Origin: Eledone cirrhosa
Lineage: Eukaryota
Assembly: GCA_964016885.1 (NCBI GenBank)
Contig: OZ024743.1
Coordinates: forward strand, 45,694,001 to 45,758,000
Direction of reading: 5' to 3'
Length of the DNA stretch: 64,000 nucleotides
Every line of letters begins with the position of its first letter. Position 1 is the first letter of the stretch. A program made the position numbers and the translations under genes. Under the pieces are notes generated by a model. It worked only from the letters and a program-made list of their open reading frames with translations. It did no database searches and was not told where the DNA came from. Shown piece by piece: positions 12,501 to 26,399 of this stretch.

Positions 12501-13499
12501 CAGGTTTGAAGACAGCTGATTTCTTCCGGAGAAAGAGAGGGAAAGAGAGAGAGAGAGAATGTGTGAGCATGTGTGTACATGTGTGTCCGTGACTGTTTTT
12601 CTCGGCTAGATTTTAATTCAGAGGGCAATGAGCCGAAACAAATGCTGCGGCAATTTTAATCCGACGCCATAACGATTCTGCCAATTCGGCGCCTTAGTCT
12701 TCAAATGAAAGAGTCGTTTCAAAGACATGAATCAAGATGTACTTTATCAGATTACATTTGTTATATGTCCAAGCTTCAATATGATAGCTCGTTCTCTTTC
12801 TTTGAGTGGAAGTTATACAAAACTAAACTTATAATTAATTGAAATCTTTTTATGGGTAATCAAGTGTATGTATATTAATTGGTACAAATGAACATCTATG
12901 GCCGGATAAATGAGCTGTAAGTTCCTATTTCTGTATGTATGTAATTATGTATGCATGTGTGTGTGTTAGAAATAGTCTGGTTGGACACCCGATCGCGCGG
13001 TTAAACCACTGGGAGTGAAGGGCCCCTAGTCTTTGTCAGGGCACACATCTAGGAGAAGGCAACTCAGGAAACTGGCATAACTCCGACATATAACCTGTAT
13101 CTCTGTACTTACCGATGATGGTCATCTTTTCTTCTTTTCGGGTTATAGCTACTGTCGCTCAGAAAGTGGGATTGGCTCAGTGCACAGTCTTTCCTCACTT
13201 TAAAAAAATCTTCACGCACAGGCATTGCACGATAGAATTAGTTAATAATTACTAATAATGGTATATCGTGCGATGGCCATACTCGATAAATAGGGGCAGC
13301 CATCATGTAAGCATGTATGTATGTAATTGTGTATGTATGTATGTATGTACGTATGTACGTATGTGAGTATGGACGGAGCATTGGATCCACAAATATGATT
13401 CAAAAGGCAGCAAAACCTTTTTGTAATTTAGAGTCTTATGTTTGGTCACAAACATAGATCAAGATCTAAGGAAAAATGTCTCTTTATAGAGTTTTTGTG

Positions 13500-16400
13500 T
13501 TATCCTCCCTTCAGTACTCCTCTTATCTTCCCTTCAGTACTCCTCTTATCTTCCCTTCAGTACTGCTCTTATCTTCCCTTCAGTACTCCTCTTATCCTTC
13601 CTTCAGTACTACTCTTATCTTCCCATCAGTACTACTCTTATCTTCCCATCAGTACTCCTCTTATCCTTCCTTCAGTACTTCTCTTGTCTTCCCTTCAGTA
13701 CTATACTTATCCTTCCTTCAGTACTCCTCTTATCTTCCCTTCAGTACTCCTCTTATCCTTCCTTCAGTACTCCTGTTATCTTCTCTTCAGTACTCCTCTA
13801 ATCCTCCCTTCAGTACTTCTCTTATCTTCCCTTCAGCATTCCACGTATCTTCCCATCAGTACTCCTCTTATCCTCCTTTTAGTACTCCTCTCATCTTCCA
13901 TTCAGTACTCATCTTATCCTCCCTTCAACACTCCTCTTATCCTTCCTTCAGTACTCCTCTTATCCTCCATTTAATACTCCTCTTATCTTCCATTCAGTAC
14001 TCCTCTTATCCTCCCTTTAGTACTCCTCTTATCCTTCCTTCAGTACTCTTCTTATCTTTCCTTCAGTATTCCGCTAATCTTCCCATCAGTACTCCTCTTA
14101 TCCTCCCTTCAGTACTCATCTTAACCTCCCTTAATTACTCTTCTTAACTTCCCATCAGTACTCCTCTTATCCTCCCTTCAATACTCCTCTTATCTTCCCT
14201 TCAGTACTCCTCTTATCCTTCCTTCAATAATGCTCTTATCTTCTCTTTAGTACTCCTCTTATGCTTCCTTCAGTACTCCTTGTATATTCTCTTCAGTACT
14301 CCTCTTATCTTCCCTTTAGTACTCCTCTTAACTTCCCTTCAATACTCCTCTTATACTCCATTCAGTACTCCTCTTATCTTCCATTCAGTACTCCTCTTAT
14401 CCTTCCTTCAGTACTCCTCGTATATTCCTTCAGTACTCATCTCATCCTCCCTTCAGTACTTCTCTTATCCTTCCATCAGTACTCCTATTATCTTCCCTTC
14501 AATACTTTTCTGACCTTCCCTTCAGTACTCCTCTTATCTTGCCTTCAATACTCCTCTTATCTTCCTTTCAGCACTCCTCGTATCCTTCCTTCAATACTCC
14601 TTTATCCTCCCTTCAGAACCCCTCTTGTATTCCCTTCAGTACTCCTCTTATCTTCCCTTTAGTACTACTCTTATCTTCCCTTCAGTACTCCTCTTATCCT
14701 CCCTTCAGTACTCCTCTTAACCTTCCTTCAATACTCCTCTTATCTTCCCTTCAGTACTACTCTTATCTTCCTTTCATTACTCCTCTTATCCTTCCTTCAG
14801 TACTCCTCTTATCCTCCCTTCAGTACTCTACTTATCCTTCCTTCAGTACTCCTCTTATCTTCCCTTCAGTACTCCTCTTATCCTCCCTTCGGTACTCCTC
14901 TTATCCTTCCATCTGTATTCTTCTTATCTTCCCTTCAGTACTCCTCTTAACCTTCCATCAATACTCCTCTTATCCTGCCTTCAGTCCTCCACTTATCCTT
15001 CCTTCTGTACTGGTCTTATCCATCCTTCAGTACTCCTCTCATACTTCCTTCAATACTCGTCTTACCCTCCATATGTACTCCTCTTATCATCCCTTCAGTA
15101 CTCCTCTTATCCTTTCTTCAGTAATCCTCTTATCTTCCCTTCAGTACTCCTCTTATCTTCCCTTCAGTACTCTTCATATAATTCCTTCAGTACTCCTCTT
15201 AACTTCCTTCCAGTACTCCTCTTATCCTTCCTTCAGTACTCCTTTTATCTTCCCTTCAGTCCTACTGTTATCCATCCTTCAGTACTCCTCTTATCTTCAC
15301 TTAAGTATTCCTCTTATCCTCCCTTCAGTACTCCTCTTACCTTCCCTTCAGTACTCCTCTTATACTCCCTTCAGTACTCCTCTTAACTTCTCTTCGGTAC
15401 TCCTCTTATCCTTCCTTCAGTACACCACTTATATTCCCTTCAGTACTCCTCTTATCCTTCCTTCAGTACTCCTCTTATATTCCTTTCAGTACTCCTCTTA
15501 TCCTCCGTTCAGTACTCCTCTTATCTTCCCTTCAGTACTCTTCTTATCCTTCCTTCAGTACTCCTCTTAACTTCTCTTCGGTACTCCTCTTATCCTTCCT
15601 CAGTACTCCTCTTATCTTCCCTTCAGTCATCTTGTTATACATCCTTCAGTGCTCCTCTTATCTTGCCTGCAGTACTCCTCTTATCCTCCCTTCAGTACTC
15701 CTCTTATCTTCCATTCTGTACTCCTCTTATCCTCCCTTCGGTACTCCTCTTAACCTTCCATCAATACTCGTCTTATCCTCCCTTCAGTACTCCTCTTATC
15801 CTTCCTTCAGTACTCCTCTTACACTCCTTCCGTTCTCCTCTTATCTTATCTTTAGTACTCCTCTTATGCTTCCTTCAGTGCTCCTCTTATATTCCCTTCA
15901 GTACTCCTCTTATCCTTCCTTCAGTACTCCTCTTATATTCCCTTCAGTACTCTTCTTATCCTTCCTTCAGTACTCCTCTTATCTTCTCTTCAGTACTCCT
16001 CTTATCTTCCCTTCGGTTCTCCTCTTATCCTCCCTTCAGTACCCCACTTATCCTCTCTTCAGTACTCCTCTTGTCCCTCCTTCAGTAATCCTCTTATCTT
16101 CCCTTCTGTACTCCTCTAATCTTCCCTTCAGTACTCCTATTAACTTCCCTTCAGTACTCCTCTTATACTCCATTCATTACTCCTCTTATCTTCCCTTCAG
16201 GACTCATTTTATCCTTCTTTCAATACTCCTCTTATACTTCCTTCAGTACTCCTCTTATCCTTCCTTCAGTACTCCTCTTATCTTTCCTTCAGTACTCCTC
16301 TTATCCCCCTTCAATACTCCACTTATTCTTCCTTCAGTACTCCTCTTATCTTCCCTTCAGTACTCCTGTTATCCTCGCTTCGGTTCTCCACTTATCCTTC

Positions 16401-19400
16401 CTTCTGTACTGCTCTAATCCATCCTTCAGTACTCCTCTCATCCTTCCTTAAATACTTCTCTTACCCTCCTTCAGTACTCCTCTCATCATCCCTTCAGTAT
16501 TCCTCTTATCCTTCCTTCAGTAATCCTCTTATCTTCCCTTCAGTACTCCTCTTATCTTCCTTTCAGTACTCTTCATATACTTCCTTCAGTACTCCTCTTA
16601 ACTTCCTTCCAGTACTCCTCTTATCCTTCCTTCAGTACACCTCTTATCTTCCCTTCAGTCCTCCTGTTATCCATCCTTCAGTACTCCTCTTATCTTCACT
16701 TCAGTACTCCTCTTATTCTCCCTTCAGTACTCCTCTTATCCTCCCTTCGGTACTCCTCTTATCGTTATTTCAGTACTCCTCTTATCCTCCCTTCAGTACT
16801 CCTCTTATCTTCCCTTCTGTACTCCTCTTAACTTCCCTTCAGGACTCCTCTTATCCTCCCTTCAGTACTCCTCTTATCCTTCCATTAGTACTCCTCTTAT
16901 CCTTCCTTCAGTATTCCTATTATCTTCCCTTCAATACTCCTCTTATCTTCCCTTCAGTACTGCTCTCATCTTCACTTCAATACTCCTCTTATCCTACCTT
17001 CTGTACTCATCTTATTCTTCAATCAGTAATCCTCTTATCTTCTCTTCAGTACTCCTCTTATCCTCCCTTCAGTACTCCTCTTATCCTTCCATCAGTACAC
17101 CTATTATCTTCCCTTCAATACTTTTCTGATCTTCCCTTCAGTACTCCTCTTATCTTGCCTTCAATACTCCTCTTATCTTCCTTTCAGCACTCCTCGTATC
17201 CTTCCTTCAATACTCCTTTATCCTCCCTTCAGAACCCCTCTTGTATTCCCTTCAGTACTCCTCTTATCTTCCCTGTAGTACTACTCTTATCTTCCCTTCA
17301 GTACTCCTCTTATCCTCCCTTCAGTACTCCTCTTAACCTTCCTTCAATACTCTTCTTATCTTCCCTTCAGTACTACTCTTATCTTCCTTTCATTACTCCT
17401 CTTATCCTTCCTTCAGTACTCCTCTTATCCTCCCTTCAGTACTCTACTTATCCTTCCTTCTGTACTCCTCTTATCTTCCCTTCAGTACTCCTCTTATCCT
17501 CCCTTCGGTACTCCTCTTATCCTTCCATCTGTATTCTTCTTATCTTCCCTTCAGTACTCCTCTTAACCTTCCATCAATACTCCTCTTATCCTGCCTTCAG
17601 TCCTCCACTTATCCTTCCTTCTGTACTGGTCTTATCCATCCTTCAGTACTCCTCTCATACTTCCTTCAATACTCGTCTTACCCTCCTTAAGTACTCCTCT
17701 TATCATCCCTTCAGTACTCCTCTTATCCTTTCTTCAGTAATCCTCTTATCTTCCCTTCAGTACTCCTCTTATCTTCCCTTCAGTACTCTTCATATAATTC
17801 CTTCAGTACTCCTCTTAACTTCCCTTCAGTACTCCTCTTATCTTCCCTTCAGTACTCTTCATATAATTCCTTCAGTACTCCTCTTAACTTCCCTTCAGTA
17901 ATCCTCTTATCTTCCCTTCAGTACTCCTCTTATCTTCCCTTCAGTACTCTTCATATAATTCCTTCAGTACTCCTCTTAACTTCCTTCCAGTACTCCTCTT
18001 ATCCTTCCTTCAGTACTCCTCTTATCTTCCCTTCAGTCCTACTGTTATCCATCCTTCAGTACTCCTCTTATCCTCCCTTCAGTACTCCTCTTATCTTCCC
18101 TTCAGTACTCCTCTTATACTCCCTTCAGTACTCCTCTTAACTTCTCTTCGGTACTCCTCTTATCCTTCCTTCAGTACACCACTTATATTCCCTTCAGTAC
18201 TCCTCTTATCCTTCCTTCAGTACTCCTCTTATATTCCTTTCAGTACTCCTCTTATTTTCCCTTAAGTACTCCTCTTATCTTCCCTTCAGTACTCTTCTTA
18301 TCCTTCCTTCAGTACTCCTCTTAACTTCTCTTCGGTACTGCTCTTATCCTTTCTTCAGTACTACACTTATATTCCCTTGAGTACTCCTCTTATCCTTCCT
18401 TCAGTACTCCTCTTATATTCCTTTCAGTACTCCTCTTATCTGTCCTTCGGTACCCCACTTATCCTTCCTTCAGTATTCCTGTTAGCCTTCCTTCAGTAAT
18501 CCTCTTATCCTCCCTTCAGTACTACTCTTATCCCTCCTTCAGTACTCCTCCTATCTTCCCTTCAGTACTCCTCTTACCTTCTCTTCAGTACTCCTCTTAT
18601 ACTCCATACATTACTCCTATTATCCCTCCATCAGTACTCATCTTATCTTCCCTTCAGTACTCCTCTAATCTTTCCTTCAGTACTCCTCCTACCTTCCATT
18701 CAGTACTCCTCTTATCCTCTAATAATTACTCCTCTTATCTTCCCTTCAGTACTCCTCTTATCCTTCCTTCAATACTCCTCTTATACTTCCATCAGTACTC
18801 CTCTTAATCTTCCTTCAGTACTCCTCTTATCTTCCCTTCAGTACTCCTGTTATCCTTCCTTCGGTACTCCTCTTATCCTTCCTTCAGTACTCCTATTATC
18901 TTCCCTTCAATACTTTTCTGATCTTCCCTTCAGTACTCCTCTTATCTTGCCTTCAATACTCCTCTTATCTTCCTTTCAGCACTCCTCGTATCCTTCCTTC
19001 AATACTCCTTTATCCTCCCTTCAGAACCCCTCTTGTATTCCCTTCAGTACTCCTCTTATCTTCCCTTTAGTACTACTCTTATCTTCCCTTCAGTACTCCT
19101 CTTATCCTCCCTTCAGTACTCCTCTTAACCTTCCTTCAATACTCCTCTTATCTTCCCTTCAGTACTACTCTTATCTTCCTTCTATTACTCCTCTTATCCT
19201 TCCTTCAGTACTCCTCTTATCCTCCCTTCAGTACTCTACTTATCCTTCCTTCAGTACTCCTCTTATCTTCCCTTCAGTACTCCTCTTATCCTCCCTTCGG
19301 TACTCCTCTTATCCTTCCTTCTGTATTCTTCTTATCTTCCCTTCAGTACTCCTCTTAACCTTCCATCAATACTCCTCTTATCCTGCCTTCAGTCCTCCAC

Positions 19401-22400
19401 TTATCCTTCCTTCTGTACTGGTCTTATCCATCCTTCAGTACTCCTCTCATACTTCCTTCAATACTCGTCTTACCCTCCTTAAGTACTCCTCTTATCATCC
19501 CTTCAGTACTCCTCTTATCCTTTCTTCAGTAATCCTCTTATCTTCCCTTCAGTACTCCTCTTATCTTCCCTTCAGTACTCTTCATATAATTCCTTCAGTA
19601 CTCCTCTTAACTTCCTTCCAGTACTCCTCTTATCCTCCCTTCAGTACTCCTCTTATCTTCCCTTCAGTACTCCTCTTATACTCCCTTCAGTACTCCTCTT
19701 AACTTCTCTTCGGTACTCCTCTTATCCTTCCTTCAGTACACCACTTATATTCCCTTCAGTACTCCTCTTATCCTTCCTTCAGTACTCCTCTTATATTCCT
19801 TTCAGTACTCCTCTTATCCTCCCTTCAGTACTCCTCTTATCTTCCCTTCAGTACTCTTCTTATCCTTCCTTCAGTACTCCTCTTAACTTCTCTTCGGTAC
19901 TCCTCTTATCCTTCCTTCAGTACTACACTTATATTCCCTTCAGTACTCCTCTTATCCTTCCTTCAGTACTCCTCTTATATTCCTTTCAGTACTCCTCTTA
20001 TCTGTCCTTCGGTACCCCACTTATCCTTCCTTCAGTATTCCTGTTAGCCTTCCTTCAGTAATCCTCTTATCCTCCCTTCAGTACTCCTCTTATCCCTCCT
20101 TCAGTACTCCTCCTATCTTCCCTTCAGTACTCCTCTTACCTTCTCTTCAGTACTCCTCTTATACTCCATACATTACTCCTCTTATCTTCCCTTCAGGACT
20201 CCTCTTATCCTTCCTTCAGTACTCCTCTTATCTTCCCTTCTGTACTCCTATTATCCCTCCATCAGTACTCATCTTATCTTCCCTTCAGTACTCCTCTAAT
20301 CTTTCCTTCAGTACTCCTCCTACCTTCCATTCAGTACTCCTCTTATCCTCTAATAATTACTCCTCTTATCTTCCCTTCAGTACTCCTCTTATCCTTCCTT
20401 CAATACTCCTCTTATACTTCCATCAGTACTCCTCTTAATCTTCCTTTAGTACTCCTCTTATCTTCCCTTCAGTACTCCTGTTATCCTTCCTTCGGTACTC
20501 CTCTTATCCTTCCTTCAGTACTCCTCTTATCCTCCCTTCAGTACTCCTCTTATCCTTCCTTCAATACTTCTCTTATCTTCCTTTCAGTACTCCTGTTATC
20601 TTACCTTCAATACTTCCCTTATCTTCCCTTCAGTACTCCTCTTATCCTTCCTTCAGTACTCCTCTTATCCTCACTTCAATACTCCTCTTATCTGCCGTTC
20701 AGTACTCCTCTTATCCTCCCTTCAGTGCTCCTATTATTCTTCCTTCAATACTCCTCTTATACTTCCTTCAGTACTCATCTTATCTTCCCTTTAGTACTCC
20801 TCTTATCCTCCTTTCAATACTCCTCTTATCGTCCCTTCAATACTCCTCTTATCTTCCATTCATTACTCATCTTATCCTCCCTTCAATACTCCTCTATATC
20901 CCTTCTGTACTCATCTTATCCTCCCTTAATTACTCCTCTTATCTTCTCTTCAGTACTCCTCTTATCCTCCATTCAGTACTCCTCTTATCTTCTCTTCAGT
21001 ACTCCTCTTATCCTCCCTTCAGTACTCCTCTTTTCTTCCATTCAGTACTCTTCTTATCCTCCCTTCCGTACTCCTCTTATCTTCCCTTCAGTACTCCTCT
21101 TAACCTTCCATCAATACTCCTCTTATTCAGCCTTCAGTCCTCCTCTTATCCTTCCTTCAGTACTCCTCTTATCCATCCTTTAGTACTCCTCTCATCCTTC
21201 CTTCAATACTGCTCTTACCCTCCATCAGTACTCCTCTTATCTTCCGCTCAGTACTCCTCTTATCATTCCTTCAGTAATCCTCTTATCTTCCCTTCAGTAT
21301 TCTTCTTATCCTTCCTCCAGTAGTCCTCTTATCTTCCCTTCAGTACTCGTCTTATACTTCCTTCAGTACTCATCTTAACTTCCCTTCAGTACTCCTCTTA
21401 TCCTTCCTTCAGTACTCCTCTTATCTTCCCTCCAGTCCTCCAGTTATCCATCCTTCAGTACTCCTCTTATCTTCCCTTCAGTACTCCTCTTATCCTTCCT
21501 TCAGTACTCATCTTACACTCCTTCAGTTCTCCTCTTATCTTCTCTTCAGTTCTCCTCTTATCCTTCCTTCAGTACTCCTCTTATCTTCCCTTCAGTACTC
21601 CTCTTATCCTTCCTTCAGTACTCCTCTTATCTTCCCTTCAGTACTCTTCTTATCCTTTTTTCAGTACTCCTCTTAACTTCTTTTCGGTACTCCTCTTATC
21701 CTTCATTCAGTACTCCTCTTATATTCCGTTCAGTACTCCTCTTATCCTTCCTTCAGTACTCCTCTTATTTTCCTTTCAGTACTCCTCTTATCCTTCCTTC
21801 AGTATACCTCTTATATTCCTTTCAGTACTCCACTAATCTTCTCTTCAGTACCCCACTTATCCTTTCTTCAGTACTCCTGTTAGCCTTCCTTCAGTACTCC
21901 TCTTATCCCTCCTTCAGTACTCCTCTTATCTTCCCTTCAGTACTCCTCTTATCCTTCCTTCAGTACTCCTCTTATCTTCTCTTCAGTACCCCACTTATAC
22001 TTCCTTCAGTATTCCTGTTAGCCTTCCTTCAGTACTCCTCTTATCCATCCTTCAGTACTTCTCTTATCTTCCCTTCAGTACTCATCTTATCCTTTTTTCA
22101 GTACTCCTCTTAACTTCTCTTCGGTACTCCTCTTATCCTTCCTTCAGTACTCCTCTTATATTCCGTTCAGTACTCCTCTTATCCTTCCTTTAGTACTCCT
22201 ATTATCTTCCCTTCAGTATTCCTCTTATCCCTCCTTCAGTACTCCTCTTATCTTCCCTTCTGTACTCCTCTAATCTTCCCTTCAGTACTCCTCTTACCTG
22301 CAGTACTCCTCTTATCCTCTATTCAATACTCCTCTTATCTTCCCTTCAGTACTCCTCTCATCCTTCCTTCTGTACTCATCTTATGCTCCCTTCATTACTC

Positions 22401-23758
22401 CTCTTATCTTCCCATCACTACTCCTCTTATCCTTCCTTCAATACACCTCTTATACTTCTTTCAGTACTCCTCTTATCCTTCCTTCAGTACTCCTCTTATC
22501 CTCCCTTCAGTACTTCTCTTACCTTCCTTTCAGTACTCCTGTTATCTTCCCTTCAGTACTCCCCTTATCTTCCCTTCAGTACTCCTCTTATCCTCCCTTC
22601 AGTACTCCTCTTATCCTTCCTTCAATACTCCTCTTATCTTCCCTTCAGTACACCTGTTATCCTTCCTTCGGTACTCCTCTTATCTTCCCTTCAGTACTCC
22701 TCTTATGCTTCCTTCAGTACTCCTCTTATCCTCCCTTCAGTACTCCACTTATCCTTCCTTCCTTACTCCTCTTATCTTCCCTTCAGTACTCCTCTTATCC
22801 TCCCTTCAATACTCCTCTTCTCTTCCCTTCAGTACTCCTATTATCCTCCCTTCAATACTCCTCTTATCTGCCATTCATTACTCCTCTTATCCTCCCTTAA
22901 ATACTCCTCTATTCTTCCCTTCTGTACTCATCTTATCCTCTCTTCATTACTCCTTGTATCTTCTCTTCAGTACTCCTCTTATCCTTCATTAAGTACTCCT
23001 TTTATATTCCCTTCAGTACTCCTCTTATCTTTCCTTCAGTACTCCTGGTATCTTCCTTCAGTACTCCTCTTATCCTTCCTTCAGTACTCCGCTTTCCCTC
23101 CATCAGTACTCCTCTCATCTTCCTTCAGTACTCCTCTTATCCTTCCTTCAGTACTCCTCTAATCCTTTCTTCTGTACTCCTCTTTTCTTCCCTTTAGTAC
23201 ACTTCTTATACTTCCTTCAGTACTCCTCTTAACTTCCCTTCAGTACTCCTCTCATCCTTTCTTCAGTACTCCTCTTATCTTCCCTTCAGTACTCCTCTTG
23301 TCTTCCCTTCAGTACTCCTCTTATCCTTCCTTCAGTACTCCTCTTGTCTTCCCTTCAGTACTCCTCTTATCCTTCCTTCAGTACTCCTCTTGTCTTCCCT
23401 TCAGTACTCCTCTTATCCTTCCTTCAGTACTCCTCTTATCTTCCCTTCAGTACTCCTCTTATCCTTCCTTCAGTACTCCTCTTGGCTTCCCTTCAGTACT
23501 CATCTTATCCTTCCTTCAGTACTCCTCTTATCTTCCCGTCAGTACTCCTCTTATCTTCCCTTCAGTACGCCTCTTACCCTCATTCAGTACTCCTCTTATC
23601 TTCCCTTCAGTACTCCTATTATCCTTCCTTCAGTACTCCTATTTATATTCCCTTCAGTACTCCTCTTATCTTCCCTTTAGTACTCCTCTTATCCTCCCTT
23701 CAGTACTCCTCTTATCTTCCCTTCTGTACTCCTCTTATACTTCCTTCAGTACTGCTCT
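13500..23758. repeat. 23-bp satellite (TTATCYTYCCTTCAGTACTCCTC), about 445 units
   Basis: Continuous tandem array with an AGTACT (ScaI) site in most units; strong pyrimidine bias on the + strand. Confidence 0.97.
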
Positions 23759-24310
23759 GAAACTTGGATGTTTTACAAATACCCAGACTCCTGGAACGAT
23801 TCCACCAAAAATGTTTACGTCATGTTTTAACGATAAAATGGAATTCATTCCCTCCTGATTCTGATGTTTTAGCTGAATCTGGTATTTATTCCGTCCTGGC
23901 AATAATTCTGAAAAGCCAACTGTGGTGATCTGGACATATTGTCCGTATGGCTGACGAACGTATCTCCAAGCAACTGTTTTATGAGGAACTTACTCAGGAG
24001 GAAAAGGGAACGGAGCAAGCCAAAGAAGAAGTTCAAGGATACGTTGAGGGAGAACTTGAAGAATATAGGAATCAACAAAAAAAACCTGGAAAATCTTGCA
24101 GTGCATTGCTCTACCTGGCTCTCAAAAATATGGGATGGTGTGAAAACTTTTGAGTAAACTAGATTAATGCAAGTAAATATTAAGAGGAATATAAGGAAAA
24201 AACAACCAGTAAGTGAATACAAAATTAATGGGACTTTTTCTTCGTCTACAGTTTGTGGCAGAATCTGCCTCTCAGAGGCTGGACTTCAATCCCACGCGAA
24301 AGCACATAAT
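23750..24310 (+). pseudogene. RTE ORF C-terminal region (post-RT domain and C2H2-like zinc finger)
   Basis: ETW, RFHQKCLR, GHIVRM, KQLFY, CGRIC..GLQSH..AH motifs, with stops and frameshifts. Confidence 0.85.
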
Positions 24311-26399
24311 AGGACACTTCCTATTGACCTCAGAACATACCAACCAGTTGTCAGAGTCTGGACTTCAATCTCACATGAGAGCCCACCATAGGACACTTCC
24401 TAATGACCTCAGAACATACCAACCAGTTGTTAGAAGCTGGACATCAATCTCACATGAGAGCACACCATATGACACTTCCTATTGACCTCAGAACATACCA
24501 ACCAGTTGTCAGAGGCTGGACTTCAATCTCGCATGAGAGCACACCATAGGACACTTCTATTGACCTCAGAACATACCAACCAGTTGTCAGAGGCTGGACT
24601 TCAATCTCGCATGAGAGCACACCATAGGACACTTCTATTGACCTCAGAACATACCAACCAGTTGTCAGAGGCTGGACTTCAATCTCGCATGAGAGCACAC
24701 CATAGGACACTTCTATTGACCTCAGAACATACCAACCAGTTGTCAGAAGCTGGACTTCAATCTCACACGAGAGCACACCATAGGACACTTCCTAATGACC
24801 TCAGAACATACCAACCAGTTGTCAGAGGCTGGACTTCAATCTCACACGAGAGCACATAATAGGACACTTCCTATTGACCTCAGAACATACCAACCAGTTG
24901 TCAGAGGCTGGACTTCAATCTCACATGAGAGCACACCATATGACACATCCTGCTGACCTTAGAACATACCAACCAGTTGTCAGAAGCTGGACTTCAATCT
25001 CACATGAGAGCAGACAATAGGACACTTCCTACTGACCTCAGAACATACCAACCAGTTGTCAGAAGCTGGATTTCAATCTCACACGAGAGCACACCATAGG
25101 ACACTTCCTAATGACCTCAGAACATACCAACCAGTTGTCAGAGGCTGGACTTCAATCTCACACGAGAGCACATAATAGGACACTTCCTATTGACCTCAGA
25201 ACATACCAACCAGTTGTCAGAGGCTGGACTTCAATCTCACATGAGAGCACACCATATGACACATCCTGCTGACCTTAGAACATACCAACCAGTTGTCAGA
25301 AGCTGGACTTCAATCTCACATGAGAGCAGACAATAGGACACTTCCTACTGACCTCAGAACATACCAACCAGTTGTCAGAAGCTGGACTTCAATCTCACAC
25401 GAGAGCACACCATAGGACACTTCCTAATGACCTCAGAACATACCAACCAGTTGTCAGAGGCTGGACTTCAATCTCACACGAGAGCACATAATAGGACACT
25501 TCCTATTGACCTCAGAACATACCAACCAGTTGTCAGAGGCTGGACTTCAATCTCACATGAGAGCACACCATATGACACATCCTGCTGACCTTAGAACATA
25601 CCAACCAGTTGTCAGAAGCTGGACTTCAATCTCACATGAGAGCAGACAATAGGACACTTCCTACTGACCTCAGAACATACCAACCAGTTGTCAGAAGCTG
25701 GACTTCAATCTCACACGAGAGCACACCATAGGACACCTCCTAATGACCTCAGAACATACCAACCAGTTGTCAGAAGCTGGACTTTAATCTCACATGAGAG
25801 CACATAATAGGACACTTCCTATTGACCTCAGAACATACCAAACAGTTGTCAGAGGCTGGACTTCAATCTCACATGAGAGCACATAATAGGACACTTTCTA
25901 TCGACCTCAGAACATACCAGCCAGTTGTCAGAAGCTGGACTTCAATCTCACATAAGAGCAGACAACAGGACACTTCCTACTGACCTCAGAACACACCAGC
26001 CAGTTGTCAGAAGCTCGATTCAATCTCACATGAGAGCACACCATAGGACACTTCCTACTGGCCTCAGAACATACCAACCAGTTGTCAGAAGCTGGACTTC
26101 AATCTCATATGAGAGCACACCATAGGACACTTCCTACTGGCCTCAGAACATACCAACCAGTTGTCAGAAGCTGGACTTCAATCTCACACGAGAGCACATA
26201 ATAGGACACTTTCTATCGACCTCAGAACACACCAGCCAGTTGTCAGAAGCTGGACTTCAATCTCACATAAGAGCAGACAACAGGACACTTCCTACTGACC
26301 TCAGAACATACCAACCAGTTGTCAGAAGCTGGACTTCAATCTCATATGAGAGCACACCATATGACACTTCCTACTGACCTCAGAACATACCAACCAGTT
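24271..26399. repeat. 79-bp tandem repeat, about 27 units, with 316-bp (4-mer) higher-order repeat
   Basis: GACCTCAGAAC at 24326, 24405, 24484 and onward to 26376; variant GACACATCCTGCTGACCTT recurs every 316 bp (24942, 25258, 25574). Confidence 0.95.

Noticed and set aside
13438-23858. Many long Ser/Leu/Pro-rich ORFs (up to 343 aa)
   Set aside because: They are translations of the stop-poor 23-bp satellite in all three frames, not genes.
24271-26399. CRISPR-like or poly-zinc-finger gene appearance of the 79-bp array
   Set aside because: There are no unique spacers or cas genes, and the context is eukaryotic. The unit is not a multiple of 3 and lacks the Cys pair of a finger.
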